From assembly GCF_009914755.1 (NCBI RefSeq), contig NC_060931.1: a stretch of 64,000 bases of DNA. One strand, given 5' to 3'. The stretch comes from the human T2T-CHM13v2.0 reference genome, Homo sapiens. The notes beneath the pieces are model-generated. The model made no database searches and was not told the DNA's origin. It saw only the letters and a list, made by a program, of their open reading frames with translations. Numbering within the stretch: the stretch's first letter is position 1; every line of letters begins with the position of its first letter. A program made the position numbers and the translations under genes. Of the stretch, positions 57,820-64,000 are shown piece by piece.

Positions 57820-58077
57820 AACAGAGCCTCACTCAGTCATCGAGGCTGGAGCGCAGTGCTACAATCATAGCTTACTGTGCCTCAAACTCCTGGGCCCAAG
57901 CAACTCTCCTGCCTCAGCCTCCCGAGTACCTAGGACTGCAGGCACTGGCCACCTCATCAAGCTAAAGGTTTTGTTCTTTAGAGAGGAGGTCTAACTATTT
58001 TGCTCAGGCCTCAACCAGTCCTCTCACCTTGACCTCCCAAAGTGCTGAGATTACTGGCCTGAGCCACTGCAGCTGGC
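57820..58077 (-). mobile_element. Old AluJ-like element with internal deletion
   Basis: Diverged reverse-complement Alu (ctcctgggcccaagcaactctcctgcctcagcctcccgagta; cctcccaaagtgctgagatta). Its tail has become the adjacent pyrimidine repeat. Confidence 0.8.
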
Positions 58078-59309
58078 AGAGAATGGAGATTTCAATAATC
58101 ATATCACAAAAGGAACTGTAGCAAAAGTAATGGAACCAGTGCCTAGAACTGGGTTGAAATACTTGTATTAAAGTATTAGGAATTTTTTAAATGTCCTAAT
58201 AGGTACACCTACAGCAATTATTTTAAAATATTTTCTTTTTTATTTCATCATAAAAATCCCAGGATAAACACTTCTGTTTATACCACCTTAATTTCTGTTT
58301 ATCTTACAAGGTTATAATCATGCTAATATAATTAAAGCAAAAAATGTTAAAATCTAAGTTATGAGTGTTTTTATTTATAATTATAATTAGTTATATAAAT
58401 TAACAGTTACAGTTATTTCATTTATAATTATAATTAATTATAGGAATAACTGAAATTCTTTTTCTCTGCTTATTGTGAAATGGTCATTTTATTTTTAGAA
58501 GACTTTTGTGGGTATTTGGTTCCACAGTAAATATATATGGCAAAAGCAGTAAATTTATAAAGTACCAAGTGATGTTACAGTTCATCCTATTGGAAGGAAT
58601 CATTATTTTCATTTCTAGATTTGAAAGTTAAGAGAGAGATGTTTTTTAAAAACTCAATTGAGGATTAAAAGAAGCTAAGTTCAACCTTGATTCCTCTGTG
58701 TTCTAGGCCTATAGTTTACAGTTATTCAGTGACCTATAGGGAGGCATTTATAAAAAGTTTGATAACTCCTCACAAATTTTACTCAAAATATTTCAAGAAA
58801 TGATTATGAAATGACAATCAGTTTTGCTTATTTGATTATCTAGTTTATTTCTATTGACCATTCCTATTAGACATAAAACATTTTGTTTATACTATTAAAC
58901 TGTTCAGAATCAAAGCAAAAAGAAAAAAAAATGACCAAGAATAACTTAAGCAGTAATTCTTGAATGAGCTGAAGCCTGGGTTTAATGGTGCAAAGGGGAG
59001 AAAGGTAGATAAATAAAGCATCCAGGGAGTAAAGCAAATATATAAATCCCCCCAATTAAAAAAACCCTACCTTTCCTTCCTCATGTCCCTTCCTCTTTTA
59101 TTCCAGAAACATTAACTTTTAGGGCAAATGATAAAGATATGACGAAGCTAGATGTCTGTGATGATTGTAGGAGAAAGGCATAAGAAGTACTCCTTCCGCT
59201 GACCTGGAGAAGGGACCAGTGTCTTCTTCCTATTCAATTTCAAATTATGTATGGTTGTGACCACGGCTGGTTTTAGAGATAGAAGAATATATATCCATTT
59301 ATTTTGCTT

Positions 59310-62625
<3,316 letters not shown>

Positions 62626-62866
62626 TCATATTTTATTAAACTTACTCATTTTATGAAAAAATTTCTAAACTAAATAAGAACTTTTTCTGTTCTTAGGAGT
62701 GCTAGGAAAAGAATTCAAATATAAAAGGAAATCAATTCTAGGATTTGTCTATATTTTTAACTATATTTATAGTTAAAAAATTCTTGCTTATAGTCCAACG
62801 AATTTCTTGCCATTTTGATTATAATCTAGGTTCAAATAAAAATAAGGACTCTAGAATGCTGTAGTT

Positions 62867-63088
62867 TAGGGATTGGCTAACATTTTCTTTAATGGATGAA
62901 AGAGTAAATAATTTAGATTGTACAGGTCATGAGTCCTGTTGCAACTACTCAACTCCAGTTTTGTAGTACAAAAGGAGCCATAGACAATGTGCAAATGAAT
63001 AAGCATCGCTGTGTTCTCTAAAACTTCACTTACAAAATTAGGCAGTGGGGCTGGACTTGGCCCTTGGGTTATAGTTTTCTCACTCCTG
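62867..63088 (+). mobile_element. MER58A-like hAT DNA transposon
   Basis: gttgcaactactcaactc...agccatagacaatgtgcaaatgaataagc...ggctggacttggccc...ctcctg. Confidence 0.8.
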
Positions 63089-63943
63089 CTCCATTTATTG
63101 AGCCTATCTCCATATTCCCTGGTACCCTGGTACACCTAATATGTATACTTGCCAAGATAAGGCCATCAGAAATATAAGTGAATATGAATTTGTTGAGTGT
63201 ATATTAGATTTATGCGTATATATGTATCTCACATGGGTTGGGGGAGGTGAAAAGAGAATATAAAAATGCTCCTGAAACAACTGAATCTGTAGCTTCTGTC
63301 TTTGAAGTTACACTGAGGTGTTAGAGAGTAACAAGAAGCAGCTCTGCACAGGAGGTGTGCATACCGCCTTAAAGTTACCATTGCAGAGATTGAATGCTTA
63401 TTTTTAATCACTGACAAGAAACACCAAATCTGATGATCTACTCTTTCAAATATTAGTATTAGCAGGCTGTAGGTAAATTACATTCAACTAGGAATAAGGA
63501 AGGAAGAGGTAAAGTTACTGGACAGAACAGTCTTTTACTGTGTGAAGTGCTTCTCTTTGTTAAGATGAACTAATCTCATTGTCTAATGTTGCCAAATTAA
63601 ATGATGTAGGCAACAACTGCTGATCCTGTCCACCTACATTACCTTCTTTGTGCCATAGATAATCTGGCAGAGACTGCACGTTGTTCCTCAACATCTACTT
63701 GCTCTTTCTGCCTTTTGGTAATAGAACCACCCACACATATTTTAGATGGCATATTTTTACCCCACTACCTTGATGCCAATGGGATAATGAGTAGCATTGA
63801 TATGTGCAACTTAAAGTTGGTCTTTTGGATAGCAAATGATGTGCCCTCTGCTTGGTTTTGTTGCCTTCTTCTCATTGCCTAAAATGTGGGAATGTTGGTA
63901 GTGAGCTAGAATTAGCCACGTAGCAAAGGATATCACTGTATGG

Positions 63944-64000
63944 CAAGATTTGGAAACTTTTTTTCTGTAAAGGGCCAGATAGTACATATTTTAGGTTTTG
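63944..64000 (+). mobile_element. Start of a second MER58-like element (cut by the window edge)
   Basis: aaacttttttctgtaaagggccagatagtacatattttaggttttg. Confidence 0.7.

Noticed and set aside
57522-57965. Lys/Glu/Arg- and Phe/Leu/Ser-rich ORFs
   Set aside because: Translations of the (CTTT)n microsatellite.

Overview
Human/great-ape genomic DNA (AluY elements, MIR, L2, L1M, MLT1) containing the TWIST1-FERD3L locus (human 7p21). Two intact bHLH transcription-factor genes lie in tandem on the minus strand. TWIST1 has its CDS at 26649-27257 (202 aa), a single 538-nt intron in the 3'UTR and TATA/CCAAT promoter elements. FERD3L/NATO3 has an intronless CDS at 54798-55298 (166 aa). There are four CpG-rich islands: two genic and two 'orphan' islands 3' of TWIST1. 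An ~18-kb zone around TWIST1 appears free of transposons, while the flanks carry Alus, a solo MLT1 LTR with intact TSD, a piggyBac MITE (MER85), MER58, MIR/L2 and a nested L1 cluster. No prokaryotic-type system (CRISPR, operon, etc.) is present and I cannot claim a new system. The most notable unexplained signals are: (i) the translational architecture of TWIST1 mRNA (AUG-less leader open in two frames, a ~320-codon alternative frame that ends in exon 2, and a second in-frame TAG placed exactly at the splice donor 42 nt after the stop); (ii) an overlapping uORF in FERD3L; (iii) a 31-bp perfect inverted repeat whose spacer is a mosaic of its own arms (39711-39839); (iv) a 23-bp perfect palindrome centred on an AP-1 site (630-652); and (v) the MER85 element. 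Repeat subfamily calls and boundaries are by eye and approximate.
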